This document shows positions 1 through 19,138 of a stretch of DNA of 64,000 nt, in pieces. This DNA is from the human T2T-CHM13v2.0 reference genome, Homo sapiens. The stretch is taken from NCBI RefSeq assembly GCF_009914755.1, contig NC_060929.1; one strand, given 5' to 3'. How positions within the stretch are numbered: the stretch's first letter is position 1; each line of letters starts with the position of its first letter. A model generated the notes under the pieces. The model saw only the letters and a list, made by a program, of their open reading frames with translations. It ran no database searches and was not told the DNA's origin. The position numbers and the translations under genes are program-made.

Positions 1-1895
<1,895 letters not shown>

Positions 1896-3947
1896 CTGTA
1901 TTAAAGAGACCCATCTCATGTGCAAAGACACATATAGGCTCAAAATAAAGAAATGCAGGAAAATTTACCAACCAAATGGAAAGCAGAAAAAAAGCAGGGG
2001 TTGCAATCCCAGTCTCTGACAAAACAGACCTTAAACCAACAAAGATAAAAAAAGACAAAGAAGAACATTACAGAATGGTAAAGGGATCAATTCAACAAAA
2101 AGAGCTAACTATCCTAAATATATATGCAATCAATACAGGAGCACTCAGATTTAAAAAACAAGTTCTTAGAGACCTACAAAGAGACTTAGACTCTAACACA
2201 GTAGTAGTAGGAGACTTTAACACCCCACTGTCAATATTAGACAGATCAATGACACAGAAAATTAACAAGGATATTCAGGACGTGAACTCAGCTCTGGATC
2301 AAGTCGACCTAATAGATATCTACAGATCTCCACATGCCAAAACAACAGAATATACATTCTTCTCAGTGCCACATGGCACTAAATTACACTAAAATTGACC
2401 ACATAATTTGGAAGTAAAACACTCCTCAGCAAATGAAAAAGAACTGAAATTATAACAAACAGTCTCTCAGACCACAGTGCAATCAAATTAGAACTCAGGA
2501 TTAAGAAACTCACTCAAAATCACACACCTACAGGGAAATTGAAAAACCTGCTCCTGAATGACTCCTGGGTAAATAATGAAATTAAGGCAGAAATCAAGTT
2601 CTTTGAAACCAATGAGAACAAAGAGACACCATACCAGAATCTCTGGGATGCAGCTAAAGCAGTGTTGAGAGGGAAATTTATAGCACTAAAATGCCCACAT
2701 CAGAAAGTTAGAAAGATCTCAAATCGACACCCTAACATTGCAATTAAAAGAACTAGAGAAGCAAGAGCAAACAAATTCAAAATCTAGCAGAAGACAAGAA
2801 GTAATTAAGATCAGAGTGGAACTGAAGGAGGTAGAGACACGAAAAACCCTTCAAAAAATTAAAGAATCCAGGAGCTGGTTTTTTGAAAAAATTAATAAAA
2901 TAGATAGACCACTTGTTAGACTAATGAAGAAGAAAAGAGAGAAGAATCAAGTAGACACAATTAAAAATGATAAAGGAGATATCACCACTGACCCCACAGA
3001 AATACAAACTACCATCAGAGAATACTATAAACATCTCTATGCAAATAAACTAGAAAATCTAGAAGAAACGGACAAATTCCTGGACACATACACCCTCCAA
3101 AGACTAAACTAGGAAGAATTTGAATCCCTGAATAGACCAATAACAAGTTATGAAATTGAGACAGTAATAAATAGCTTACCAACCAAGTAAAGCCGAGGAC
3201 CAGATGGATTCACAGCCACATTCTACCAGAGGTACAAAGAGGAGCCGGTACCATTCCTTCTGAAAGTATTCCAAACAATTGAAAAGGAGAGACTCCTCCC
3301 TAACTCATTTTATGAGGCCAGCATTATCCTGATACCAAAACCTGGCAGAGACACAACAAAAAAAGAAAACTTCAGGCCAATATCCCTTATGAACATCAAT
3401 GCAAAAATCCTCAATAAAATACTGGCAAACCAAATCCAGCAGCACATTCAAAAGCTTATCTGTCATGATCAAGATAGCTTCATCCCTGGAATGCAAGGCT
3501 GGTTCAACACACGCAAATCAATAAGTGTAATCCATCACATAAACGCAACCAAAAGCAAAAACCATATGATTATCTCAATAGATACAGAAAAGGCTTTTGA
3601 TAAAATTCAGCATCCCTTCATGTTAAAAACTCTCAATAAACTAGGTATTTCTGGAACATATCTCAAAATAATAAGAGCTATTTATGACAAACCCACAGCC
3701 AGTGTCACACTGAATGGGCAAAAGCTGGAAGCATTTCCTTTAAAAACTAGCACCTGACAAGGAAGCCCTGTCTCACCACTCCTATTCAACATAGTACTGG
3801 AAGTTCTGGCCAGAGCAATCAGGCAGGAGAAAGAAATACAGGGTATTCAAATAGCAACAGAGGAAGTCAAATTGTCTCTGCAGATGAAATGATCCTATAT
3901 TTAGAAAACTCCATTGTCTTAGGCAAAAGTTTCCTTAAGCTGATAAC
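1896..3947 (+). mobile_element. Inverted 5' segment of the same L1PA: disrupted ORF2 endonuclease-to-RT region
   Basis: Peptides [37 protein letters not shown] and [18 protein letters not shown]. Many stops and frameshifts; the FADD codons are damaged at ~3878-3890. Confidence 0.95.
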
Positions 3948-3995
3948 TTTTTTTATTTTTAGTAGAAACAGAGTGTTGCTATGTTGTCCAAGCTA
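3948..3995 (-). mobile_element. AluJ linker and left-arm stub (part 2 of the split AluJ)
   Basis: ttttatttttagtagaaacagagtgttgctatgttgtccaagct, followed by right TSD tctctgtcatatttt at 3996-4010. Confidence 0.85.
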
Positions 3996-4010
3996 TCTCT
4001 GTCATATTTT

Positions 4011-4500
4011 CCATTTTTCTTTCTGTACTGTATTCTGATTTATTCCTTCATATTTATCTTCCAATCTATTAATTCTGTCTTCAATTATGGCTGATCTTCT
4101 ATTTAACGAATCCTCTAGGTTTTCAATTTTAACTATTTATTTTATTTTTAGAAATTTGATTTATTTTTTCAAATATACCTAGTTACTGTAGTAGACTTCT
4201 GTTTCTTTCTCATGTGTATGATTCTATTATTTCTGTTAATATTTTAAACATGCTGATTTTATATTCAGTCTCTAATTATTCCAATGTTTGTGTCCCTGGA
4301 TGTCTATTTGTCTGGTGATTGTTTCTGCTGAGTCTCACTCCTGGAAGCTTGCTTTCTATTGTGTGTGGTGATTTTATATCATTAGCTCATATTTGGCCAG
4401 TCTCTGTTTATGGAAATCCTGAGGATGTGGTTTAATAGAAAATTCTTCCAGGAAGATTTGTTTTTCCTTACGTTACATAAAACAGTATGCTACTAACCTG
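4011..4500 (-). mobile_element. Ancient L1M/HAL1-like remnant, right part
   Basis: Degenerate L1 5'/ORF1-like antisense motifs; the right boundary is uncertain. Confidence 0.5.
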
Positions 4501-4950
4501 TGTAAAGGTATCTTCTCTGACTAGGTATTATCAGAGGAGATTTTATCCCTGTGTAGGATTCAAGCCAGAGAGACCCATTGTTTTTCTGGCCTACCCTTCA
4601 CTGAAGATCTTTCACAGTTCTCGTTTTATGTAGCTGCTTCCATTACAATCCCCATCTCGTATATGATCAAGGATTTGTTCTGGTTCATTGAAGAGGCATT
4701 AAAACTTCAGCATTTAGGCCTCTCTGAACAGCAAATGTCCTCCAAGATATTTAAAGCTTCAGTGCTGGCTTATTACTCTGGTTTTTGTTTCCATCATTTT
4801 GAGACTACTAAAGATTTTCCTTAACTTCTAGGAAGCTCAGCTATACCTGTTACTGATAATTTATCCCTAATTTTTTGACATTTTGTAGTGAGAAAAAGTG
4901 TAGAGCAGAGAGTTTGCAATATTTATCAGAAGCAGAAGATTTAAAAATTT

Positions 4951-5040
4951 CTACCTTATTAGGTTGCATCAAGATTAAATAAAAAAGTCAACTAAAGAAT
5001 TTAGTAGAGTTATTTGCATCATGTACTCAACAAATGTTAG
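4951..5040 (+). mobile_element. MIR 3' fragment
   Basis: ctaccttattaggttg...gattaaat...ctcaacaaatgttag resembles the MIR 3' end. Confidence 0.55.
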
Positions 5041-5268
5041 TAAAATAAAAATCTTTTTTTTATTACTATGCTTTAAGTTCTAGGGTACATGTGCACAATG
5101 TGCAGGTTTGTTACATAGGTATACATGTGCCATATTGGTTTGCTGGACCCATTAACTCATCATTTACATTAGGTATTTCTCCTAATGCTATCCCTCCCCC
5201 TGCTCACCACCCCACGACAGGCCCCCGTGTGTGATGTTCCCCGCCCTGTGTCCAAATGTTCTCATTGT

Positions 5269-9059
<3,791 letters not shown>

Positions 9060-9122
9060 TATGATGTTAGCTGATTATTTTGCCTGTTAGTTGATTCAGT
9101 TTCTTCCTAGCATCGATGGTCT

Positions 9123-10147
9123 TTATAATTTGGCATGTTTTTGCAGGGGCTGGTACCGGTTGTTCTTTTCCATGTTTAGTGCTTCCTTCAGGAGCCCTTG
9201 TAAGGCAGGCCTGATGGTGACAAAATCTCTCAGCATTTGCTTGTCTGTCAAGGATTTTATTTCTCCTTTACTTATGAAGCTTAGTTTGGCTAGATATGAA
9301 ATTCTGGGTTGGTAATTCTTTTCTTTAAGAATGTTGAATATTGGCCCCCACTCTCTTCTAGCTTGTAGAGTTTCTGACAAGAGATCTGCTGTCAGTTTGA
9401 TGGGCTTCCCTTTGTGGGTAACCTGACCTTTCTCTATGGCTGCCCTTAACATTTTTTCCTTCATTTCAACCTTGGTGAATCTGGCAGTTATGTGTCTTGC
9501 AGTTGCTCTTCTTGAGGAGTATCTTTATGGTGTTCTCTGTATTTCCTGAATTTGAATGTTGGCTTTCCTTGCTAGGTTGGGGAAGTTCTCCTGGATAATA
9601 TCCTGAAGAGTGTTTTCCAAGTTGGCTCCATTCTCCCTGTCATTTTCAGGTACACCAATCAAACACAGATTTGGTCTTTTCACATAGTCCTATATTTCTT
9701 GGAGGCTTTGTTCATTTCTTTGTACTCTTTTTTCTCTAAACTTCTCCTCTCACTTTATTTCATTAATTTGATCTTCAATCACGGATACCCTTTCTTCCAC
9801 TTCATTGAATCAGCTATTGAAGCTTGTGCATGTGTCACTAGTTCTCGTGCCATGGTTTTCAGCTCTATCAGGTCATTTAAGGTCTTCTCTACACTGTTTA
9901 TTCTAATTAGCCATTCATCTAATCTTTTTTCAAGGTTTTTAGCTTCCTTGCGATGGGGTCAAACACCCTCCTTTAGCTCGAAGAAGTTTGTTATTACCAA
10001 CCTTCTGAAGCCTACTTCTGTCAGCTCATCAAAGTCATTCTCCAACCAGCTTTGTTCCATTGCTGGAGAGGAGCTGCAATCCTTTAGAAGAGAAGAGGTG
10101 CTCTGTTTTTTAGAATTTTCAGCTTTTCTGCTCTGGTTTCTCCCCAT
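9123..10147 (-). pseudogene. L1 ORF1, disrupted
   Basis: N-terminus MGRNQSRKAENSK at 10147 and C-terminus ...YQPLQKHAKL*, broken near 9959. Confidence 0.93.
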
Positions 10148-11181
10148 CTTTGTGGTTTTATCTTCCTTTGATCTTTGATGCTGGTGACCTACAGGTGGCA
10201 TTTTGGTTTGGATGTCCTTTTTGTTGACGTTGATGCTATTCCTTTCTGTTTGTTAGTTTTCCTTCTAAGAGTCAGGTCCCTCAGCTACAGGTCTGTTGGA
10301 GTTTGTTGGAGGTCCACTCCAGACCCTGTTTGCCCGGGTATCACCAGCAGAGGCTGCAGAACAGCAAATATTGCAGAACAGCAAATATTGCTGCCTGATC
10401 CTTCCCCTGGAAGCTTTGTCCCAGAGGGGCACCCGCCTTTATGAGGTGGCAGTCAGCCCCTATTGGGAGGTGTCTCCCATTTAGGCTACATGGGGGTCAG
10501 GGACCCATGTAAGGAGGCAGTCTGTTCGTTCTCAGCGCTCAAACACCATGCTGAGAGAACCACTGCTCTCTTCAGAGCTATCAGACAGGGACGTTTAAGT
10601 CTGCAGAAGTTTCTGCTGCCTTTTATTCAGGTATGCCCTGCCCCCAGAGGTGGAGTCTACAGAGGCAGCAGGCCTCGCAGAGCTGTAGTGGGTTCTGCCC
10701 AGTTCGAGCTTCCCAGGCCACTTTACCTACTCAAGCCTTAGCAATGGTGGACGCCCCTCCCCCTGCCAGGCTGCTGCCTTGCAGTTCAATCTTGTGCTGC
10801 ACTAGCAGTGAGCAAGGCTCCATGGGCATGGGACCTGCTGAGCCATGTGTGGGATATAATCTCCTGGTGTGCCGTTTGCTAAGACCATTGGAAAATCGCA
10901 GTTTTTTGGGTGGGAGTGTCCCGATTTTCCAAGTATAGTCTGTCATGGCTTCCCTTGGCTAGGAAAGGGAAATCCCATGACCCCTTGTGCTTCCCAAGTG
11001 AGACGATGCCTGCCCTGGGTCAGCTCGCCCTCCATGGTCTGTACCCACTGTCCAACCAGTCCCAGTGAGATGAACCAGGTACCTCAGTTGGAAATGCAGA
11101 AATCACCGTCTTCTGTGTCAATCATGCTGGGAGCTGCAGACTGGAGCTGTTCCTATTCGACCATCTTGGAACTGGAAACTT
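10148..11181 (-). promoter_or_regulatory. L1 5'UTR containing the sense and antisense promoter region (CpG-decayed)
   Basis: L1PA 5'UTR sequence; the YY1-type site reads caagatggtc rather than caagatggcc (11159-11168). Confidence 0.75.
10744..10938 (+). CDS. L1 ORF0-like antisense ORF, 64 aa (expression unknown)
   Basis: MVDAPPPARLLPCSSILCCTSSEQGSMGMGPAEPCVGYNLLVCRLLRP... resembles primate ORF0 (MAGAPPPASLPPCSLISDCCASNQRDSVGVGPSEPGVGYSLVVRRFL, recalled). Start context gcaATGg. Confidence 0.6.
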   Translation: MVDAPPPARLLPCSSILCCTSSEQGSMGMGPAEPCVGYNLLVCRLLRPLENRSFLGGSVPIFQV

Positions 11182-12184
11182 GTAAAATAAAAATCTTAAT
11201 TAGATTTGCACAATATTTTCTGTATTGGGCTATCTTTATCATTTCCATTTATGTGAAATATATTTGTTCTCCAAGAAGAAAATACATGTCTACTCTTCTG
11301 CATACATAGTAGTTATAATTTTTTGTTTGATATACAAACAGTTTTATATACATTAACATTTTTAGGATAAAACTGTGATATAGGGAAATTATGATAAATC
11401 ATATTATTTGAGTTTATAATCAATGACTTAGAAATTATACAGAAAAGCACCTCTTCGAACTAAAATTAGTCAAAAATTGCTGTTAATATTTTATCAAAGA
11501 TAATTTCTTATTGGAAATTATTCAATAACTAACATTTTGAAAAATTGTTTGCAGCTTGTCACTTGCAGTTTGTATCCATTTTTAAAGTTGATGATATCCA
11601 TTTTCTAAAATTGTTTTATTCTTAATTTCCAATGCCACCTTGAAAACTAAAAACAAATAAATAGCATCTTTAAGCATGAACCACACCTTTAAATACTTTT
11701 TACTGTGAATGGGAAGTTGTTATTCCAGGCCCATCACTTACTGGGAAATAAAACAAGAACAATGAGTTTCCAAAGATATAAGCGTTCATCCTGTCACAAA
11801 GAAAGTGAGATGACTGTGCCGGAGTATCTGATTGTCACTAAATACAGTATTGATATAGTTTTAATGCCAAACACAATGATGTCAACTTTTTCTATAAGAA
11901 ATCTAAAATTGAAATTTGCCTCTAGACTATCTCTTTGTTTTGGCTTAATTTTAGATTTTGCAGTTTTTTCAAATTGTTTGGGAAACACAGCTGGGATTAT
12001 TAATATTCTGAGGTTTTCTAATTGAAGGAGATGACTGTCATTGTGTGAAGTTCTGAATTTCATTCTTTGGACATCATAGACAACCGCTCTAACTTCAGTA
12101 GAAAGAATTTGAATTAAATGCTAGCATTTGGGGATTAAATATTTTGGCTTCTGGCTCATGACTTGCATAATGTAATAACAGTTG

Positions 12185-12320
12185 TAGCCAGCATGATTGA
12201 GTGTTTATTTACATGCCTGGCACTATGCAAAGCCCTTTCTGTGTATTATCATATTTAATCTTCACAGCAGCTTAGGCATATTCAAGTTTTCAAATTAATA
12301 AATAGAGGCTTGGAAAGGCC
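12185..12320 (-). mobile_element. MIR fragment
   Basis: ttgagtgtttat...tgcctggcactatgc...tattatcatatttaatcttcacagca. Confidence 0.65.
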
Positions 12321-13039
12321 GTTTGCTTGTTTGTTTCTTAAATGCTGGAATACATTGAGAAAATAGAATTTTCAACCCTGGAAAACTACTTCATACATGT
12401 AGCTACATTGCAGCTGTTGCTCATTCATTCAACACAACCAGCTAATGAGAAGGTGTTGCTCAGCAGTAGACAAGCAGAGAGGGAGGGCAATCCAGCTGGC
12501 TTTCTATATCCTGGGGAACTGGATTTGCAGAGGATTAGAATCTGAGGATGCTCATGTCTTTTATATATAGATGTCAAAAGTACAAACTCCAACTCCTAAA
12601 AACATGCACATAGGGCCACCTGGATAATTTTTAGTCATTATGTTTTTAAAAAGTAGCCCCTGGTCCCCTAGTTGGATCCTGGCAATAACCTGGATTACCT
12701 GCATCACAACTTCCTCAACATTCCCTCTCTGAATTTCTGTTGAAACGGCAGATATTTAAAGACAGTAATGGGCTGCAGAACTTTTCTCTACCTAATATAT
12801 TCAACTTGCACAAAAGAAAACTGCATCCTCACAGTTAAATGATGTGCCCTAGATCACATAATGTGTGTCTCACATTAGCTTGACTGCATTTTAGCCTAAT
12901 GCATCAAGACACTTGGCAATACTGTCCAGGTTTCAGATTAAAGTGCCCAGCTCCAGTTGAAAATACTCAAAGAACTTGAAACAGACCAAATAATTACAAG
13001 ATTGTGTTCAAGAATCTATTTATTTCCATCCTTCACCCC

Positions 13040-13900
13040 TTCTTTCACTCATTTATTCAACAAGCACTTCTTATATGTGTACTATTAGCCAGGCAGTATG
13101 CCCTCCATTAAGACTACAAAGATGGGAAGACAAAGTATCTGCCGTAACTCATTGACTGAAGTATGTTCCAGAACCAGACTAGGGGAGGCTTCATCAGGAA
13201 TGGGGATTATTCTTGCCCAGTCAATCACTGTTTCCGTCAAACTGATATGTTTATTAAGTATTTATAACTTTTTCCAGGCTTTTGGTGCATGAACAAAACA
13301 TAGAAGTATCCCTGCACTCAAGGAGCATATGTTGAAATTGATTAAGACAAACTATAAATAAGTAAACCAATGAATAAATAAGTGAGGTAAGTTCAGGTGC
13401 TGATCATGCTGTAAGGAAGATAGAAATGAGAAAACATGATGGAGAGGCTGGAGGGGTCTACTCTTGTGAAAGTGGTGAAGGGAACCTTCTCTGGGGAAAA
13501 GAGATTTAAGTTGAGACCCAACTCATATAAAGAAGACAGCCATTCAAATATCTAATTGGTGGTATGCCGCAATGACACAGTGATCATCTTAGACTTTGAG
13601 CCAGCAGGGCAGAGCCTAGGGTAGTCAAAGCACCATACTAGTAGCTTCTAGTGATCAGTAACTTCCCCTCTTCACCTTAGTGTGTCGTACAAACATTTCT
13701 GTTTTCTGTGTGTTCCATGACATGAAAAGCATTGCAAAGCACTGCTTTAGTTGAAGAGACAATTCAAGCAGACAGAAAGCAAATAAGATCAAGACTGGAA
13801 TGTTGGGTAAGAGCAAGAGTATAGTGCACAACAGAGAAATTAGCAGAGAATGAGGTCAGAGAGTCAGCAGGAGCCAGGTCATATGGACCTCATTGCTTAG
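13040..13900 (-). mobile_element. L2 fragments interrupted by a hAT-Charlie MER-like piece (~13555-13744)
   Basis: L2 3' end catttattcaacaa...gccaggca; ccctgcactcaaggagc; the insert ends catgacatgaaaagcattgcaaagcactg. Confidence 0.6.
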
Positions 13901-14589
13901 GGATGCGTGGATGAATACATGAGTGAAAGGTAGAAGGACATAAAAGTTATATTTCTCTAATTCCCAAAAAGAATTCAATACATTTCTATGTTAAAGCACA
14001 CATCAAACAGGTTATCAGAATACAGATTAAAAAGAAGTATTGAAAATAATATGAAGAGTGGAGAGAGAAAATTTTATCTGAATCCTCGTGTGTGTTTCTA
14101 TAATCAAGCACTAAAATTAACATTGAGTTTCCTAATGGCCAAAGTCTAAAATAAAACACCATGGACCATATAATTTTCTTTGTCTAGATAAAGGAAAAAA
14201 GAAATTGCAGCAGGAGATATAGGCTTTTTCTTGATACCAAAAATGGAAGAAATGTATTGCAAGGCTCATTACCAAGTAATTTAGTAAATTACATATTTCC
14301 TGCCATTTGCATAAGTTCAGAAATATTTTTCAAATGTCATTTTATTAAAGCTAAAGTTTTATCACAGTGAAGGCCTTTCATCAGAAACTATCTGGTACAT
14401 ACATCCATGTACTTTGTTTTCTGGTGATGAAAACTTACCAAATTTGAATAAACTTACTTTCTAGACCTTACCACGTATTCATGCCTTAACGTCATTGCTT
14501 ATAGTTCTCTTAGCCTGATATATGTATCCCTATCTTTTCTAACAAAGAAAATCCTACCTGAAAGCAATGCCTAAACCCAATTCCTTACA

Positions 14590-15055
<466 letters not shown>

Positions 15056-15410
15056 ACTAGGTTAGTGCTAACTCCTATTTACAGTTGGCTCCAAATACAA
15101 TGCTGAGCTTCACCTTTGCTGTTTGGGTTGGATGAGTTTCCCTTCTGAAAGGCAATGAAAAGTTAACCAACCAACTGCAACAGAATATGCCACAAACAAG
15201 AAAGTCTTTGTGGTCATCTACCATGTAAAGTAAATGAGTTATTTCCTCCTTGACCTTGTATTTAATGAGAAACACTGCATAGCAAATCTGCTTTGATCCT
15301 GGCTTCACTCAAAATCCATATAGAAATAGACATTTCAGTGAGTCCTTTCCACCTTCTCATTGAGAAAAAAGGAGAAAACTATAGAAAACTTGTACAATGG
15401 AACAAATTAA

Positions 15411-15570
15411 TGTGGCTTTCAAACCTGACTGTGCATAAAAATCACTTGATGAGCTTGGTAAAAATGCAGACTCCCAGGCCTCAACTTCCAGTGACTTTGA
15501 GTGAGTAGTTCTAGGGTGGATCAAGGATGTGTCTATTTATCAAGCCTCCTACATGATTCTGAGACCAGTG
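15411..15570. mobile_element. MER5-type hAT element
   Basis: tttcaaacctgactgtgcataaaaatcacttg...gagcttggtaaaaatgcagactcccaggcc...catgattctga. Confidence 0.7.
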
Positions 15571-16299
15571 GCCCACCAGCCAATGGAAAATAGGAGTTTA
15601 TGAAAAGCTGCCCCTTTTTTTGTATGTAACATATAAAAGTTCCTTTTTGATCCTCATACAAATGCAAGGGCCCTTTGACCACTTTGGAGAGAAAATAGAA
15701 TTAAGAAAATATATGTTTGCAGGCAAATTTCAAAGATCACAGCAGAGTCATGACAGCTGAAGGAAAAGGACAGCAACTGAAGACAGCTGGAGAGCTGAGG
15801 GCTCTGGCATTAGAAAGGTACTCAGGCAAGGCTGCCAGATCTGGGCTGGAGTAAAGAAATGTGCTGTCAACCAGAGCAGATTCTCTGTTGTTAGCTTGCT
15901 GGAGAATAATACCACAGCTGCTCTCCTGGAAGTCAGATGTAATAATCCTGCCCTTCCTAGATGCAAGCTCTTCTAATCAAGCTGTGAAAAATATACTAAC
16001 TTTGGTCTGCTATTGTGGGCCAAAGTCTAATTTGGTCGTATCCTGGGGCTTCAATTCTCACATCCCTATCAGAAACGAACTGCTTCAAGTTTAGGAAATG
16101 AGAGCCACAGGAAGTTCACTTAGAAGCACACACTGGCCTCTCTGCGAGGCAGAGAAAGGGGGAGATACCAGTAGCCTGCTTCTCTAGTAAAGCCATACAA
16201 TAGGCTGTGGATTTCCAACACCCACTTCTCCACTGGAGTTAAGAAAAAGCCACTAAGTGTAATAAATCATAGGAGTGTCAAATACACAATAACCATTTA

Positions 16300-17700
16300 T
16301 TCTTTCATTCATTACCTCATTCGTTTGTACATCATTCATTCTTTCATTCCAAAAATATTTTAAAACACCATAGTGGTTTTGCTTAGCTTTCTCAAAAGCA
16401 AAATCTAAGACAAAGAATTGGATGCAATTAGTGTCTTTGAGAGGTGATCTCAAGGAGCAGGAGTGAGGGATTGGAGACAGAATGAAAGGAATGAAAGAAA
16501 GCCAATGAACATAAGAGTATACTATTGAGGACATCACTGTGAACAAAAGGGAGTCAATGCTGCTGGGACTCTGAGGGAAGCATCAGATTCTTCCCTGGAA
16601 TTATCTCCCTAAAGGCTGGGAGGAAGGAGCAATTATCTGAGGGCTTCAGTCACCCAGTGGTGGAAAGTTAACCTGTGTCTGCTAACTTCTTCCACTCTAC
16701 TAAGTTCCAAATGTATGTAGGCTAAGGAAGCCAGGACCTACCCCACCAAATCCCATTTCCAGTGCCTAACCTACCCCAGAGAAGTCCAAGACAGGAAGCA
16801 AGAGGCTGTCAGCTGAAGGGAGTTGAAGCCTGTATAGGCTTCTTTTCCCTAATGAAGCTAAACTCAGAGAGGAGGCCAAGGGGATGCTAGTTGGTGCTTT
16901 GCATGTGTCTGGTATGATGTCAGGCTCTTACTAAGCCAGAAAGATGAATAAGTCTTGCTCTCTGCCCTCTAAGAGTTCGTGGCCTTGTAAGGGAGAGAAA
17001 CATAAAGAAAAAGTAACATTCAATATAAAAACTGCTACAGAAATCATATCCAGACAGCTTTAGCAGGAAAAGGAGAAGAAAAACTTAGTTGGTAGCGGGG
17101 AGGTTTGGAGAAAGGAAAGGCACACTGGAAAAGGGAGAGTTGGGAGAGCTTCATCAAAATGTAAGCTGACACTCGGAGGATGAATCTTCTATGTGAGCAA
17201 AAGAACAATAAAAGAAATGTGTGTTCATATAGAAGAGCAAGGTACATTCTGGAAGTGGTATTGAGTAAAGTATGGCTGAACATGGCATTTATGTGAAAGA
17301 AGCAGAGGAACTAAGGCTAGACACATCTTTCACCCTAAAGGCATAGGGAGGGCCATTGAAGTTTAAGCAGTAGAGTGACTCAAGGGAGTTGTCTCCATTC
17401 TTGGTGAGCTTTCAGGAAAGATCACAGAACTGTAATTCCTGGAGATTTGTTCATTCAAAAAACATCTGCAATGAAGAACATATTATGCACCAGGGACTCT
17501 ACCATGTGCTGAGCACACACTGGCAAATATGGTCCTTATCATCAAGTAGCTCAGTGTTTGGTAGTGGGAGAGAGAGAACTTTTATAATAGAGTACAATCA
17601 ATACTACTCTATGTCTCAGTGCAGGCAGCTATGGGAGCACATGGGAAGGGCCCCTCATCCAGGCTTTTGGGACCCCGAAAACTTTCTGGGTAATTAGCAG
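16300..17700 (-). mobile_element. L2 fragments (host of the LTR at 16372-16905)
   Basis: (cattcatt)n L2 3' end at 16300-16365; resumes at ~16905 (aagatgaataag...tctgccctctaagag); a second L2 end at ~17447. Confidence 0.6.
16372..16905 (-). mobile_element. ERVL LTR16-like solo LTR
   Basis: aaagcaaaatctaagacaaagaattggatgcaattagt...gaggtgatctcaaggagc...gaaagccaat. Confidence 0.6.
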
Positions 17701-18594
17701 TGTTCATATATCAAAAGTTAGAGGGCTAGATTGCCTGGCTTATGGCATTCCAAGAAAATATGCCTAAGGAGGCAGTGTCTCTGGGGAAAAAATAAAAAGC
17801 AACACAAAAGAAATGATGGTAGTATAGTGAGACAGTATCCAAGTACAATGCTTGTGGTCAAGAATATTTCCCTCCACCCCTACCTGAGATATTCTGTCTC
17901 ATCATCTCACCTGGCAGCTAACTCAGCCTTCAGTTTTTATTTTGGGTATTGTTTCCTCCTGGAGGCCTTCCTTGGCCCCTCAGGTTTAGAAGGTACAACC
18001 TAAAGGTCCAAATATATTCATAAATTATTTAATCTTTTCTTAGTAGCCTAGAAAGAAAAATGCATATAAGCAAACAAAACCTAAGTCTTCTAACCCTCTA
18101 ACTATGGTAAGGGCAGAAATGTGGCTGTCCTGTGCGTGCTATATAATACTATTCCGGCTTTGTGGCTGATTCATTTTGGGCTGCTAAAAGAGGAAAGGAA
18201 AAATATATATAATATCCACTTCATATATACAAGAGCTCTCTCTCTCTCTCTCTTTCTCTTTGTCACAAATCCAAAGTAGTCCTTGAATCAAGGGCATGAC
18301 CTTGATTGTCCAGATATTTTCCTTTTGGGCTCTGCCCCTCAGACCAAACTTCCTGTCAGGGAGTTGGTGCCCAAGACAGCAAGAAATTCTACCTAAAACA
18401 AGAGACCAAACTTCACAGTCAGGCACTCCCCAACAACCACCATCCCCATGAGCTTCTTTTACTCTGTTCTATTTCCACAGAAGTTGGCTTCCTGGAGGTC
18501 AGACTCCATTTGAATTATTTGAGGCACGTAGTCTAGCCCTCATTTCTGTAAAGAAAAAATCTAAAACATCAGATTACAGTCCTGTTTGTTTTTA

Positions 18595-18860
18595 ATAATC
18601 TTAAGAGTAACTAATATATACTAAATACCATGCACCAAGCACTGTCTTAAGTGTCTTTGCACATGTTAATTCTTTTTCTACTTTCAACAACTTTATAAAG
18701 TAGGTAATATTTTACTTCCATTTTAAAGAGAGGGAAGCTGAGGTAGTAAGTTACGTAAGTTGCCAACGACAGTCACATAAGAAGGAGTAGAACAAGGACC
18801 TGAGCCCCAAGAAGCCTGGCTCCAGAGAATGAACTATTGATCACTGTGCTCTGCTGGCTC
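18595..18860 (-). mobile_element. MIR, near full length
   Basis: taccatgcaccaagcactg...ccattttaaagagagggaagctgagg...cctggctccagag. Confidence 0.75.
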
Positions 18861-18916
18861 TCAGGTTTCCATCTGAGGTCCATTCCTTTTGTCAGCATAC
18901 CCCTGACACTCTAGAA

Positions 18917-19138
18917 CCAGCTTGTCCAACCCACGGCCCTGCAGGCTGCATGCAGCACAGGATGGCTTTGAAACGAGCCCAACACAAATGTGTAAGCTTT
19001 CTTAAAACATAAGGAGATTCATGCACAGACTTTTTTTTTTCAGCTCATCTGCTTTCATTAATATTAGTGTATTTTATTGATCATCCAAGACAATTCTTCC
19101 ACTGTGGCCCAGGGAAGCCAAAAGATTGGACACCCCTG
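18917..19138 (-). mobile_element. MER30 (hAT-Charlie), complete
   Basis: Ends gcttgtccaacc and aaagattggacacccctg; perfect 8-bp TSD ctctagaa at 18909-18916 and 19139-19146. Confidence 0.92.

Noticed and set aside
9699-10178. 159-aa plus-strand ORF
   Set aside because: Antisense shadow of L1 ORF1.
10354-10392. Tandem gcagaacagcaaatatt in the L1 5'UTR
   Set aside because: Likely reflects repeated structure already in the L1PA 5'UTR consensus.
11705-12063. Overlapping 106-aa and 89-aa ORFs on opposite strands
   Set aside because: Non-ATG starts, no recognisable domain, and lengths expected by chance.
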